A stretch of DNA of 64,000 nucleotides from Histomonas meleagridis 2922-C6/04-290x (Eukaryota > Protista > Parabasalia). Location of the stretch: NCBI GenBank assembly GCA_020184695.1, contig JAANOX010000099.1, positions 124,001-188,000 of the forward strand, in the 5' to 3' direction. Below are positions 33,546 through 45,814 of the stretch, in pieces. The notes under the pieces were generated by a model. It was not told the origin of the DNA and did no database searches. It saw only the letters and a program-made list of their open reading frames with translations. Made by a program: the position numbers and the translations under genes. Each line of letters starts with the position of its first letter. Position 1 is the first letter of the stretch.

Positions 33546-34919
33546 TTAATTTCTTGTATTTGCCTCATCTGATTCCGAATCTGCCAAATAGTTATCAATT
33601 GTCAAAGAAGCCAAACCATTAGCCTCATCCGTATAAATTGGAGTCAATATATCATCTTTCGCGAACGAGAAATCATTTAAATGTACCAACGAACTATTTA
33701 TCGGCGTCACCAAAGAGTCCATTGGCGTTTCTCCTTCGTATTCATTACTACATACGCCCATTTCATTCAAAGGAGGCACATATAATGGTCTTGTTTGCTT
33801 GTTATATACTTTATCCCAATCAATTCCTTCGAAGAATTTATGTTTCTTTATTTCGTTAAATCCGATTCTTTTCTTTGGATCCTTTTCTAACAATCCTTCG
33901 ATTAGTGATTGTGCATTCGGATCAAAATCAGGATCAAACTCAATCTCACTTGTTAAGATTCGCTTAAACATTAAATTCCGATTTTGCGAATTAAATGGTG
34001 TATCACCAACAAGCATCTCATACATTAAAATTCCTAGAGCCCAAAAATCAATCTCAAAAGAATACTCAGAATGTGATATTACTTCCGGTGCTAAATACTC
34101 ATTAGTACCACAAAATGTACTCGTCATGCTTTGGTCAAGCAAATTCTTGCATAAACCAAAATCTGTCAGCTTAACGTGCCCCTGCGCATCAAGGAGAACG
34201 TTTTCGGGTTTTAGATCTCGATAAATCACGCCGAGGCTGTGGAGGTAATCAAGCGCAAGCGAGATCTCCGCAATATACAGTTTGACTTCAGGAATTGGTA
34301 ATGTCCCACATTCTTGCATATGCTTGAAAAGCTCACCTCCTGGTACAAACTCTAGACAAAAATAAAACTTGGAGGATGTCTGAAAAGCATAATAAAGAGA
34401 GATTATGAAAGGATGATGACATTCAGTGAGAACTTTACGTTCACAAATTGCCGTATGAATGCGATCAAAATCTATAAGGCGTTTCTTATGAACTGTCTTA
34501 ATGGCATAAAGTTCTTCTGTATCTAGTTTTTGTGCTAATGTGATTTTGCCATAATATCCATGACCAATAACTGTGATTAAACGAAATGAATCAATATTGA
34601 CTTGCGACTTACTGTAAGATGAAGACCTAAGTGCCATAATCCATGCATCTGCTAGAGAACTTGTATCAGCTCGAAATATATAAGATTTTTGATTAGGTGG
34701 TTTGATTCTGAATTGCTTGCTATTAGGTTTAGTAAGGGTTATTGAACATAAACTATCAATATTCACTGAAAAAATTAATGATTTTTCATCTTCATTTTTA
34801 AAAACAAATAAAGATGATTTCTTCAAAATTGCATAACATCTAGCCCATACTCTAAGGGTATTTTGATATTCTAGAAACCCCTTCATTGAGCCATTTGCAT
34901 AAACAGGAACATCTTCCAT
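33546..34919 (-). CDS. PH-domain AGC-family kinase (Akt/SGK-like)
   Basis: N-terminal PH domain, GHGYYGKI, YAIK, YRDLKPEN, DFG, TFCGTNEYLAPE and an AGC C-tail. Confidence 0.92.
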   Translation of the reverse strand: MEDVPVYANGSMKGFLEYQNTLRVWARCYAILKKSSLFVFKNEDEKSLIFSVNIDSLCSITLTKPNSKQFRIKPPNQKSYIFRADTSSLADAWIMALRSSSYSKSQVNIDSFRLITVIGHGYYGKITLAQKLDTEELYAIKTVHKKRLIDFDRIHTAICERKVLTECHHPFIISLYYAFQTSSKFYFCLEFVPGGELFKHMQECGTLPIPEVKLYIAEISLALDYLHSLGVIYRDLKPENVLLDAQGHVKLTDFGLCKNLLDQSMTSTFCGTNEYLAPEVISHSEYSFEIDFWALGILMYEMLVGDTPFNSQNRNLMFKRILTSEIEFDPDFDPNAQSLIEGLLEKDPKKRIGFNEIKKHKFFEGIDWDKVYNKQTRPLYVPPLNEMGVCSNEYEGETPMDSLVTPINSSLVHLNDFSFAKDDILTPIYTDEANGLASLTIDNYLADSESDEANTRN

Positions 34920-35019
34920 TACTTCGAAAGAACGTTTGGATACAACGGTTTCTCAGAATTTAACGTTCAACTTGTTTAACATCAAAAAAAACGAAAAAAA
35001 AAAATATTTTAACATTTAA

Positions 35020-36468
35020 TTAAATTCTATCCAATCCGAAACCCTCTAAACCATAACATAGAGGAGCCAAGTAACAATATGATATTATACAAATTGAAAT
35101 CAACAATGTAGAGAAACAACTTTTTGCAGTTTTAAACTTTTCAAGCACCAAATCGATCACAACGCCCAAAGACAACACTGCGAACAAATAAGGGATCAAG
35201 TAATGATAAGCATACACCGAATGCTTTACGAACATAAAAGGCAATAAACTTGCGAAATAACCAAAAGGCCAAATTATCACCTTTAAAATGCTTTGGTTAT
35301 TATTTAACAATTCTCCAATACATATAATAACTAAAGTTACGATTGCGAACAAAGCGGAAAACATTGTAATTGGATTCGCATGTAACAAAACAACAGAGTT
35401 CGGAGTGAGACAATAAATAATACTTTTCATTTGAATAAATGGCCATTGATACCATTTCGATGTTATATTTGTTTCGTTTTGTTTCCGTTTCATATTCATC
35501 AAATGAGAAACTTTTAAATATTCGAAAATTCGCGAAATGATCGAAAGGTTCGAATTAAAAAGAGAACTTCTCTGTATCTCTATTGGATATGTTTGTTGTA
35601 TTTCAGGGTTTGGATATTTAGTTATAATAATATGAAGAATAAATATAAGAAAAAACAATGGAAAAACAATTATTAACATCAAAAAAAGTCGAAATAGAAA
35701 TTCTTTAATCCTTTTATTGAAAAGAACATTTTTGATGGTCCTTTCATCATTATCTGGCTGGAAAATAGATTTAAGATTACATTGTGTAATGTCTAAAAGT
35801 TGTTGTAGTAAAATAAATGGAATAAGACTTAATGATGTGTATTTGATCGAAAATGATAAACACGTGGAAACAGCTGTAAAGATGATGTGTGGTATAGTTG
35901 GGTTCTGTGATAACAAAGAAACTGAAAAAATCGATAACATTGTGAAGAAATGTAAAATGCCATCTGTCAAAATAAAGCGCCCTTCAATAATAAGCATCGA
36001 TTCAAGGCATAGAAAAACAGCTGTGACAGAAGACGCAAATTTGGAATAGCCAAAAAAACGAAGTGTGAGAAATCCTAAAGATGGAACAAATGATGAAAAT
36101 GATGATACTGTTAAACGAAGTGTAAAATAATGAAGATTTTGATAGCCTTCATACGATTGATAAAAATTGATTGACCCATTATATCCACTGATTTTGCCAA
36201 CAAATGAGAGAAGAAGTTTAGCAAAATATGGATGAATATCAAAATATAATTTACGTGTAAGATAATAATTTGTGAAATTCCCAAACCAAATCTCGTCAAA
36301 AGTTGTTTGACTTGGTTTGGATAAATTAAATGTACGGGTGCACACACCAAAAAAAATAAAAATTAGAAGTAAGATAATGTCGCTCAAAGAAAATGAAAAC
36401 GTTGGCTTCGGAACATATATAGAACCAAAAAAGAGAAGCTTTTTTTTGACTTTTTGTTCTCCTATCAT
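35020..36468 (-). CDS. Dolichyl-phosphate-mannose:protein O-mannosyltransferase-like (GT39/PMT), no MIR domains
   Basis: TTFDEIWFGNF, YFDIHPYFAKL, GRFILTDG, SKWYQWP and YAYHYLIP, with multiple TM segments. Confidence 0.85.
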   Translation of the reverse strand: MIGEQKVKKKLLFFGSIYVPKPTFSFSLSDIILLLIFIFFGVCTRTFNLSKPSQTTFDEIWFGNFTNYYLTRKLYFDIHPYFAKLLLSFVGKISGYNGSINFYQSYEGYQNLHYFTLRLTVSSFSSFVPSLGFLTLRFFGYSKFASSVTAVFLCLESMLIIEGRFILTDGILHFFTMLSIFSVSLLSQNPTIPHIIFTAVSTCLSFSIKYTSLSLIPFILLQQLLDITQCNLKSIFQPDNDERTIKNVLFNKRIKEFLFRLFLMLIIVFPLFFLIFILHIIITKYPNPEIQQTYPIEIQRSSLFNSNLSIISRIFEYLKVSHLMNMKRKQNETNITSKWYQWPFIQMKSIIYCLTPNSVVLLHANPITMFSALFAIVTLVIICIGELLNNNQSILKVIIWPFGYFASLLPFMFVKHSVYAYHYLIPYLFAVLSLGVVIDLVLEKFKTAKSCFSTLLISICIISYCYLAPLCYGLEGFGLDRI

Positions 36469-36516
36469 TACATGAAATGTGAATTGAAAACATTTGAAAA
36501 TAAACGTTCGTTAAGT

Positions 36517-37286
36517 ATGGCGAAAGATAATTTAGTCACCACTCGCCTTAAAAATACAAAATCCAAATTTATTTGACTATCTGTAATGTTGAAATGAAAA
36601 ACAAAAATGTTGCGAACTTTTAGTTGACTTTTTGTGAATTATCTGCAAATTTCACTATAAACAAATTGTTCTTTGGTTTGATTTAACACCACATTTATGA
36701 ACCACCAACATCATTTTTTAATGATATACAATATCCATAAAAGACACATATGGTTAAATAATTTGTTTGATTTAGTTGTAAAAAATTCGCCATTTTCATC
36801 AAGTCTAGACTTTGTTCTGAATATATATCACGACCAAAAATTCGACATTCATTATTTCCTATAGCGTTTTTATCATGCTGGAAAAATGCTTCACAATCAG
36901 ATGAAGATCATTTCTCATCAATTGTTAATCATATATTGTTTGAACACGAGAAAGTTAATTAGTTTTTTATGGATTTAATACAATTAACACATCGTTCATT
37001 ATTACCATTAAATGTTGATTATATACTTGTAGCAGAATTAAGTGAATCGTTACAATTTTCATTATATATATTACAAAGAATGTACATACAAGATCCTAAA
37101 AATCGTAAAGTTATGGAGTTATTAATGAACATTAGTATTAAAATGGATCGAATTCCAATAGTTCGAAGTTTATTTAATAAAGCAGAATCAGAAATGAATA
37201 AATTCGAAATCGCTAATTTGCATCCGCCGCTTCACACATCAATGACAACAATTGATCCAAAATTTGTATCTAAATATATCATTTAA
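36517..37286 (+). pseudogene. Possible degraded helical-repeat gene; only the 3' 105 codons are open
   Basis: ATG at 36517 follows an AACGTT promoter-like site. There are multiple stops and shifts before ORF 36969-37286. Confidence 0.3.
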
Positions 37287-37336
37287 TAAGTTTCAGATAT
37301 GAACGATCACTAACATTATTGTGTACGCAATTATCT

Positions 37337-38392
37337 TCATCCGTTGCAAATTTCGGAATATGTTTTATTTTTCGCTTTGCATAGCTCCGGATGCGTTGAG
37401 TCCGCATAATAGAAATGGATTGTTTCGTCTTCCACTGCGAATATTTGCTTATTTCTCATTATTACGCCTGGTATTTTCCTTACGTCGTGGTGATGCAAGA
37501 ACACGAGTTTGTTGATTGGGCAATGGTACATCGGGCATTGATCGTGTCTCGTTGGGTGCTGTTCTTCTGGGCATTGTTTTAAGTCATTGAAATCATTTTT
37601 TTTGATTCTATCTAAGTCGCTTTTTGGGAATGGATGTCCGGAGAATGCGTATGAAGTAGCATTCTTCATTGAAAGATTCAATCTAAATATGAATTCATCA
37701 TGACAAACATCTTCTGCTCTTTTACAGTTGAATATAATTTCTTCATACATTGGAAGCATTAATTCGACAGCTCTTCGCGAATAGAAATATCCAGCGCCGC
37801 CTTGAAGGAACCCGAGATAATCAATGTGACGAATACAGCAGCCTTTAATGACTACATCTTTTAATGGATCATATTTCTTTTCGATTGCATCATAAAATGA
37901 ATCTAATCGCTTTAGGTTAATGCCAGTATCATCTGTGGTGCGATGAAGCCATCTATAATTTGTCTCGTAATAAAAATATGAAAGTCCAAAATATGTTTTG
38001 CGGAAAATGTCAACGCTCTTTTTGTTATATGAACCATTTGTGGTGATATTCGATGTTATGTTTCGATAACGTTCTGGTACAGCAAGATGTAAAATATCAT
38101 CTTTGTTATCTTGTTCCGTTTTGTTTGTTTTCTTCCAATCAAGATAAAGCGCTTTGTATCCAGATTTTTGATTTAAATCATTGACATAGAATCGAGACAT
38201 GTTTAAGGGGATTGTACTATTTGGCATCGTGATAATAAGAAATAATATCCTGGGAGAAGTGTCGGTCGGAACATAATATTTGATTTCGCCGTTTTCAGAG
38301 TTACTTCTTAATGTTGCTACTAAAAAGATAACAAACATTATACATTCTGATATAATATGGATATTATTTCTTAGTATTTCTTGTATTTCCAT
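37337..38392 (-). CDS. GT31 (Fringe/beta-1,3-galactosyltransferase-like) type II glycosyltransferase
   Basis: N-terminal TM, WLHRTTDDTGIN (DDT), LQGGAGYFYSRRAV, AEDV and VFLHH. Confidence 0.8.
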   Translation of the reverse strand: MEIQEILRNNIHIISECIMFVIFLVATLRSNSENGEIKYYVPTDTSPRILFLIITMPNSTIPLNMSRFYVNDLNQKSGYKALYLDWKKTNKTEQDNKDDILHLAVPERYRNITSNITTNGSYNKKSVDIFRKTYFGLSYFYYETNYRWLHRTTDDTGINLKRLDSFYDAIEKKYDPLKDVVIKGCCIRHIDYLGFLQGGAGYFYSRRAVELMLPMYEEIIFNCKRAEDVCHDEFIFRLNLSMKNATSYAFSGHPFPKSDLDRIKKNDFNDLKQCPEEQHPTRHDQCPMYHCPINKLVFLHHHDVRKIPGVIMRNKQIFAVEDETIHFYYADSTHPELCKAKNKTYSEICNG

Positions 38393-39640
38393 TTTTTGGT
38401 GTCTTTGGAGTTGGCCAATTTGGTTGGATTGGAACTAGGCTACAAAGTATTGAAAACAATGGTTTACCACAAACGATTGTATTGATTAAGTAATAAGTTT
38501 TAATGTATACATTTCAATGAAAAAGTTAATAACCCCTCACAAATCCAACGGTTGGGTTGCCAAAAACTAAAAAATGACTTTTTCACATGAATGCATTGAA
38601 TCATTGAATACATATACAAACTTTTGAACGAGTGAAGCCGGTTGGCTTGCGGTTCCCTTTCGGTTTATTTTTCTCATAAATCTCTGAAATATTAAGTAAT
38701 CCCTCAATAATTGAGTGCATGATCAGCAAATTTGCAAATTTTTTCAATTGAAAAAATCCAAAAAGTGTCAACGAGATGTCATTTGTCAAAGATGACGTCT
38801 GATATCAGGAAGGATGGAATGGAATATTTCTTGCTAAATTGACACAAGACACAACCGAGAAGAGTTTTGGATTACCATTTAATAACTTTTGAAAAATTTC
38901 CAACTAATTATATAGCATGCTTTTTGAAACTTGGTAAATATTTTAGACACAATTTAGAAGGGTTCCAGTAAAGTGTTTTGAGCTTCTTCTACCGAATGCT
39001 TTCTATTATTATTCGAACATGGAAGAGAATTGTATGTTAAGCCTACTACACATCGTAACGGTTTTTTTAATGATTACCAAAACGATCAATTTCAACACAA
39101 TTTGCCGTTTGACAATGATAAGCAAATTCAATGTGCTATAAAAAACATTCCTTCCTTCCATAGTTGCTAAAATTATTTTTCTTGAAGATGCTTGGCCCAT
39201 CTTTAATGAATCTTCTTTCTTCATCCTTAAATTATTTTGTCTTCCATATGCAAAATTTCAAGAAATCACTTGATTTAGTGATTATTGTTATAGCAACATC
39301 ATCATGATGCAGTACTTGTTTGGCTTAACTTTTATGGTGGAAATGAAGTTTTTAATTGTTTTAATTTCGTATTTTCATAGTTTTTTATTTTTGATTTTCT
39401 CTTCATTTTCTGTCTTGCTTAGTTGTTGAAATATTCACTGTTGACAATTTGTTGGAAAGTTTGAGAATACGCAAGTAAATCGCATATATCAACTGTATTG
39501 GAATGTTATCTGACCATTTAATTTTCATCGTTACGTATCTTAATTTTTATCAAAAATCTGCGCATTACAGAAACAACAATAACAAACATTTTTCTAGCGA
39601 ATAACCACCCACAATAGAACGTTTTACAATGACAAAACAT

Positions 39641-42211
39641 TTACATAAAAACGCGTTCCTTATAATTCCTTAATCCAATAAGTGCCTTTGCAATCGAACT
39701 CTCCCCGTCGCAGCCCGCCTTCTTCCCTAATATCTTCAACAGCTCTTCATATATCTTTATCATCCTCTGCAACGCGACATTCGCACTCGTTGCGGCGCAT
39801 ATTGCCAACCCTTTTCCTTCGTACGGCGCACCGAAGAACTGTATCCTAAATCCGACTCTGTTCAGCAAGTCGAACATGAATCCTTTGTTAAAGAGACATT
39901 GCTTCGTTTCGTTTATGCTCATCATCGCTAACCCCGGATGACTTATTTGGCTTTGAACAATAGCGAATCGTTTAAATGTTTTTTCTGTTGTTTTAATGTT
40001 ATTTAACAATAACATTTTGTTTCGTTGAGAATCAAAACCTGCGCATAACGTAAAATATGCTGTGTACAATGAGTTAGGATACGAATTAAGTCGAATGTCA
40101 TAGCCAATGAGTCGAATTTCGTTCTCTTCGACATATGAAAGAAAATCAATGATGACATAACCTAAAACACCTTTCCGCATAAGAACTGAGCCAACTTGTC
40201 TGGAGAGACCAATAAGATGAGTTCCATCAACAGAGATGGATGGTATAAGAATTGATGAAAATGAAAATGGTGAATGATGAATTCGATCAAATGTTCCAAT
40301 TACTCGAATTTCGTTCCCTGTAAGTAGAAGTGAAACAGATGGAAAGCTTCGGATATTTGGTGGAATAGCTTCAATGGTTGCACCAAGTTGTTTAATCTGT
40401 GAAATGAAATTATTTGATGAAATTGAAGAATGAATTTTTTTCAGATCACGAAAATCTTTCGCATCAAACCATGCAACACCGGTTTTTGGTGTAGAATAAC
40501 TGAGTCGTATAATCCAAACCTTGATATCATCATTATCTTCAATCAAATCTTGCGTATCGTCGAGTAAAGCACTCAAATCTTGATGCTCTTTTGTGGAAAT
40601 AAGAGGAACAATTCCAGCCTCTCTAAATAAGGATTTGATCACTGATCGTCTTTGAAAAGAGGTGGGATCAATGCACCCAAGAATAGGAAGATTGATATCA
40701 ACAGAAATTGTAGATTCAATTGACCAGTCTTGATGGGGGATAAGAAATGCATCTCTACCACATATTATTTTACGAACTTGTTGAATAGATTTCATGTCAC
40801 GAAGTAATTGTTGGGAAACACTTGAATTTTGGCGAAGAACAACAAAATGAATTCTAGAATTTGTGTCATCAATTCCAGACTGAGAGAAAAGATCAAGCAT
40901 TTCTTCCCATACATGTTCAGATGGTAAAGAAGGAAGCAAAAGAATAAGAGTTACATTTTTGAACATTAAATCAAAGCATCTTGTCAGATCTTGTAACCCT
41001 GTTATAACATGAACAATTAAATATGGAGCTTTTTCTATTTCTTTATATTTTCCACGAAGAAGATTTTGAAGTTGTTCGGCTCGATTGCTAACTGTTCTTA
41101 AACGGCTTCTAATCTCTGCTCGAAACCGTTTATTTACGTTTAAATTTCTCCAGAAATTTTGAATGGTAAAAGCGGCTTTAAAAATTTCTTTTCTCTTTTT
41201 TCTTTCCATGTTTTCTAAATATTTTCTTATACATTTCTGAATTGTATATGCAGCATATGATTTCTTTTGTTCAACAAGTTCGTCAATTCCATTAAGACAT
41301 TCATATATATTGTCATCTGTGATAACATTAAGAAGTGCAGCTTCACTAAGTTTGCGTCCATTAACTTCCGCAAATTGAATGCCAAATTTGTCACAGTAAG
41401 CTTCAATTCGGTTAAGAACTGTTTCAATACGGTTCCATATTTCATTATTTGTTCTTTTAAATGACTCGAAATCTGGCGTTTCTCGAGGGATCTTACCTTT
41501 TATTACAAGGAGAGTTTGTTGGGCATATTTATCTTGAAGTTCTTCATAGATTCTTGGAGCTTTATATTCATTTGATCCAACATAAATACTATCTGTACTC
41601 GTTGAGTAGCTCAATGCACTCTGTGAGGAAATAGAAGAAGCGTTACTACTAGCTCTTTGAAGAGATTTGCGTTTTTCTGTGAGTTGTTTAAATTGAGAAT
41701 CTGTAAAAATTCTTTTTTGTCGTCTTTCTCTCCGAGCTATGGCAGCACCTTGTATATCCATATGGATCATAGGAGACACTATTGTGTTTTGTTGATCTGT
41801 TGGGTCAATATGCCCAGTAACAATTGGCAAGTCATTATTTAAATTTGATAATTGTTGATACCTTTTATCAGATTCTGTGGTAATTTTGTTTATAACTGCA
41901 TATCTTTTCCTGAGGTTTGATGAATGTGTACTTTTAAAAGGATGATATTCTCGTGGCTTTGTATTAATCGGTTTCTGTATTTTTGTTTTGCTTCGAGGAC
42001 TTAACAACTTTGGAGCCACCAAAGGTTCATTGTTTTTTGATATGCTAATTGATTCAGTTTTAACTTTTAAATTATTTGTTGTTTCAGATAATTTCGATAA
42101 AACATTTGAATATTCGACTCCTGGAGTTTGTAGTGATTTTTTTATCTCAGAAAATTGTTGGTGTGCATTCAAAATAACATTTGCTAAAGTGTTTTTTTCT
42201 CCATCAGCCAT
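39641..42211 (-). CDS. IQCH-like IQ-motif protein with ATP-grasp-like C-terminal region
   Basis: PRETPDFESFK...IWNRI, IQ motifs (IQKCIRKY, IQNFWRN), FPSVSLLL, GVLGYVIIDF. Confidence 0.7.
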   Translation of the reverse strand: MADGEKNTLANVILNAHQQFSEIKKSLQTPGVEYSNVLSKLSETTNNLKVKTESISISKNNEPLVAPKLLSPRSKTKIQKPINTKPREYHPFKSTHSSNLRKRYAVINKITTESDKRYQQLSNLNNDLPIVTGHIDPTDQQNTIVSPMIHMDIQGAAIARRERRQKRIFTDSQFKQLTEKRKSLQRASSNASSISSQSALSYSTSTDSIYVGSNEYKAPRIYEELQDKYAQQTLLVIKGKIPRETPDFESFKRTNNEIWNRIETVLNRIEAYCDKFGIQFAEVNGRKLSEAALLNVITDDNIYECLNGIDELVEQKKSYAAYTIQKCIRKYLENMERKKRKEIFKAAFTIQNFWRNLNVNKRFRAEIRSRLRTVSNRAEQLQNLLRGKYKEIEKAPYLIVHVITGLQDLTRCFDLMFKNVTLILLLPSLPSEHVWEEMLDLFSQSGIDDTNSRIHFVVLRQNSSVSQQLLRDMKSIQQVRKIICGRDAFLIPHQDWSIESTISVDINLPILGCIDPTSFQRRSVIKSLFREAGIVPLISTKEHQDLSALLDDTQDLIEDNDDIKVWIIRLSYSTPKTGVAWFDAKDFRDLKKIHSSISSNNFISQIKQLGATIEAIPPNIRSFPSVSLLLTGNEIRVIGTFDRIHHSPFSFSSILIPSISVDGTHLIGLSRQVGSVLMRKGVLGYVIIDFLSYVEENEIRLIGYDIRLNSYPNSLYTAYFTLCAGFDSQRNKMLLLNNIKTTEKTFKRFAIVQSQISHPGLAMMSINETKQCLFNKGFMFDLLNRVGFRIQFFGAPYEGKGLAICAATSANVALQRMIKIYEELLKILGKKAGCDGESSIAKALIGLRNYKERVFM

Positions 42212-42460
42212 CAACTCTTCAAACCCTTTTTCATAACGTATGTGTCACTTTTCTTATAAACGGTCATTCAAAAACGATGTTTTGGAAAACCGTTATATAA
42301 AGCAGATGAAAACTAATAACTTTTTTGAAAGAAATTGAATAGTTTATTGATACAGGGTTTGAGTGTGAGTAACCCCTTCAACTGCTACAGCATTCTGTAA
42401 ACTTCTCATTTTTGAATAGCGGCATTTTTTTTGATTTATCGTCAATCGGTTCACATTGTT

Positions 42461-45400
42461 ATGAATCAATTTGCTGAAGCAGAAGTATCTCATCTTATAA
42501 ATGACCTCAGTATGTTTAAAACAACCAATGCAAATATATCAAGTGGGGCATTTCGTGTTGATAAAGGAATTATTAATTACACTGAACAATTTGTTGCAAT
42601 GAAAAGAGCCCAAACCGAAGATGCATATAATTCACTCATAAACGAATTTAAAGTATTATGTAAAATATCAAATGTAACAGTGCAATCTTTGGTTGGGTTT
42701 TATCCAAATGATGACCATAAAAAAGCTGTTTTGATCACTCCATTTTATAAGAATGGAAATTTACGTAATGTTATTAATACACAACCATCTGAATGGACCT
42801 TGGATACAAAAATAATTGTTTTTTTAGGTGTTTCTTATGGGTTAAAATATCTTCACGAAAATGACATCATTCATCATGATCTAACAGTTGATAATATATT
42901 TATTGATGATAATTTCCATCCAATTATTGGTGGTTTTGGACTTACGCATAAATCAATTGAACCAGACTCAGTTTCAAAAGCTCGATATCTTGCACCTGAA
43001 ATTATCAATGGAGAAAAATACACTAAAAAGACTGACGTATATACATTTGGACTTCTCATGAATGAAGTATTTTCTTCCAAACAACCTTATGAAGGCCTTA
43101 ATATTCAACGAATTAAAGAAAATATTAATAATGGCGTATTACCTGAAATTTCGGGTACAACACCACCAGTTTTTGTATCTTTAATTAAAAAATGTCTTTC
43201 TAAAGATCCTAAAAAGAGATGCAAATCAAAAAAGTTATTTAATAAGATTCGAAGCATATATGATGAAATTTCCGGTATTAATAGATCAATTCTTGACAAT
43301 TATAAAAATCAAATAATATATTCAGAACTATTTCCATTTAATAATTTTGTTATACCAACACCATTAACAGATATTAAATCCAATCCTCATCCATGGGATA
43401 AAACATCTAAATATCCTATTTTAATTAAGAACTTTGAATCAACCCTACGTAAAGCAGGAAATAGACCTATAGTTTTAGTAATGTTATTTGGACCATATCA
43501 ATCAGGTAAATCAACATATCTTAAGACACTTACAGGGAATGGAGCATTTTATGCCGGAAAAGGAACAAAAAAAGTCAAACTCAAGGCATACTAATTGATG
43601 GACCTTATATCATTTCTGATATAATAAATAGATTTAGTAAAGATTATGCGAAACTAAAAGAAAAATGTGATTCAATTAATGTCGATAAAAATACAGCAAT
43701 ATTTTTCATTGATTCACAAGGTATTGGTGATGAAAAGTATGAATTAAAGCTTAAGCCAATATTAGATAAAGTTAATGCAGTCTTTACTTCAATTTCTACT
43801 GTATGTTTAACTATATCTAGGTTTAATGATAAAGTTGATGATTTTAAAAGTACTTTAACAACAATTCGTCGTGCACAACTTTCTTCTTCATTTCCTTTAT
43901 CGAATGTTTTTTTCCTTGTAAGAGATTTCAAAGATTTAGAACAGAATTTAGATCAAAGAAATCCAGATAAATATCAAGATAATTTTAAGAATTTTTCTGA
44001 GTTATGGTGGAAAGAACATAACATAGCAAAAGAACTTTATTCGCCAAATTCATTAAAACCTTTACCTCTTGGGGATGTTGAAGCCAATTTAAGTGGATAT
44101 ATTAATAGTGTCTATCAATCATTTTACTTTATTTTAAATTCTATTCAATCAGTACAATATTTTCCTGATCAGTTTATAAATTCAATACAAAATGAATCAT
44201 ATCCATTATTTTCAAATGATTTTCAAAATTTTATGGATTTAATACTCAAATTCGAAAAAGAATTTATATTAAAAATACCTAATAAACCATTAGCAGATTG
44301 TGTAGCATGTACATTTTTACTTAATGATCTTATAGGAAAAAAATTGAAAATTGATACTGATCCATCTAAAATTGATGAATTAACTGATGAGGTATATAAA
44401 TTTATATGCATAGTTTTAGAAACTATATTACCATATATTCTTGGTAATGCTGAAGTTAAGTTTTGTGATTATGCTCAATATGTAACAGAAATTAAACGTG
44501 ATTTGAAAGCTTCTATTGGAATAAATATTCAATATATGAAGTCAAAGATAAAACAATATCAATATTTTAGAGCAAATAAGTGGAAATTAAGAATGAAATA
44601 TATTGCAGCTGCAACATTCATTGGAGTGGGTTTTTCTTTTGCAGGAGGAGTTGCAGCAGGTATTATTGCTGTTGCTTTTGAATCTTATATAAGCAACGCA
44701 TTACGATTATCTGATGAGCAAATAAAAGAAATAATTAATAATGTGAAGACACCATTTTATCCATATATTTGGGATATTTGCTATAATCGAAAAGCAAATG
44801 AGTTAATTATTTATCAAATTATAAAGAAACCAATTACACAAAATCAGACATTAATTGTATTTTATGAACAACCAAATCATCATTCAGAACTTTTGTTTCA
44901 ATCATTAACCGGATTCCAAATTAAGCACAACATTGAAAAACAAATATTATTTTATGAAAATGTTTATTCCATTTATCTTATATCAAGATTTAAAAGTGTT
45001 GATTCTTCTCTTTTTATACGTAATAAGAAAGTAACAAAACTACTAGAAAAAATTAGTATAATATACATGTGTGGAATTACTCAAGATGAATTTTGGGAAT
45101 TTGAAAAATCCCAAAATGTTGAATTAATATTTGTAACAACAATTAAAAAAGATGAACAAATTAGTATAAAGCCATCTATATTAAAAAAGTTAAATGTAAT
45201 GACACTTTCAACTGATTATTATCAATTTTCTATTGTTGATAAACCGAATTTTAAATATGAAATGTGGAAAACTAACAAATTCTCAAATGAGAATAATCAA
45301 ATTAAATTTTTACCAATTCATGCAGGTGATTATCAACTTGAAAATTATGGTCCGAGATGCATAGCTTCAATCAAATATGCATGTAGATACATATTAAAGG

Positions 45401-45462
45401 ATCCAATATTAAAACCAACAGTTGAAGAAATTCAAGAATACGAAAAAAATCAAGCTAATTAA
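42461..45462 (+). CDS. Pseudokinase fused to atlastin/GBP-like GTPase with hydrophobic hairpin (one A-run indel at ~43570)
   Basis: Kinase fold: VAMK, HHDLTVDN, GFG replacing DFG, LAPE, DVYTFG. GTPase: GPYQSGKS, SQTQG, IDSQG, FFLVRDF. After the shift the frame is open into ORF 44233-45462. Confidence 0.8.
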
Positions 45463-45814
45463 TAAGTTAATTAGTAAAAAGTCCTAAAAAAAATTTTTTT
45501 TAACCCCCTTACAAACTTACATAAAAAAATGAACTTTGTTTGAACAAATATGAACTCAAAATCATATCGGCACAAAAGCCACTTTTTTATTGAATTTTTG
45601 TGTAATTTGCTTAAAAATGCACTTTTCATTCACATAACATCAGCATAGAAAATTTGTCTAATGATTATTGCTCAAAGGAGAGATCTCTCTTCCATTGGTA
45701 GTAGGCATCGAACAAGAAAAATAAAACCACACGCCTTAAATTTAATGTCTACGTTTTAAAAACACGATAAATTTTATTATTTTTTGCTTTCACAAAAAAG
45801 TTTTTATTTAAATA

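Noticed and set aside
38600-39600. Gene between GT31 and IQCH-like genes
   Set aside because: Only short broken minus-strand frames with many stops, and no recognisable family.
5925-43575. Programmed ribosomal frameshifting at A-runs (~5930, 6245, 10120, 26040, 31830, 43570), including an Euplotes-like AAA-TAA at 10116
   Set aside because: The two BspA copies are broken at different homopolymers and their consensus is largely intact. Long-read indel error is more parsimonious, though this needs short-read confirmation.
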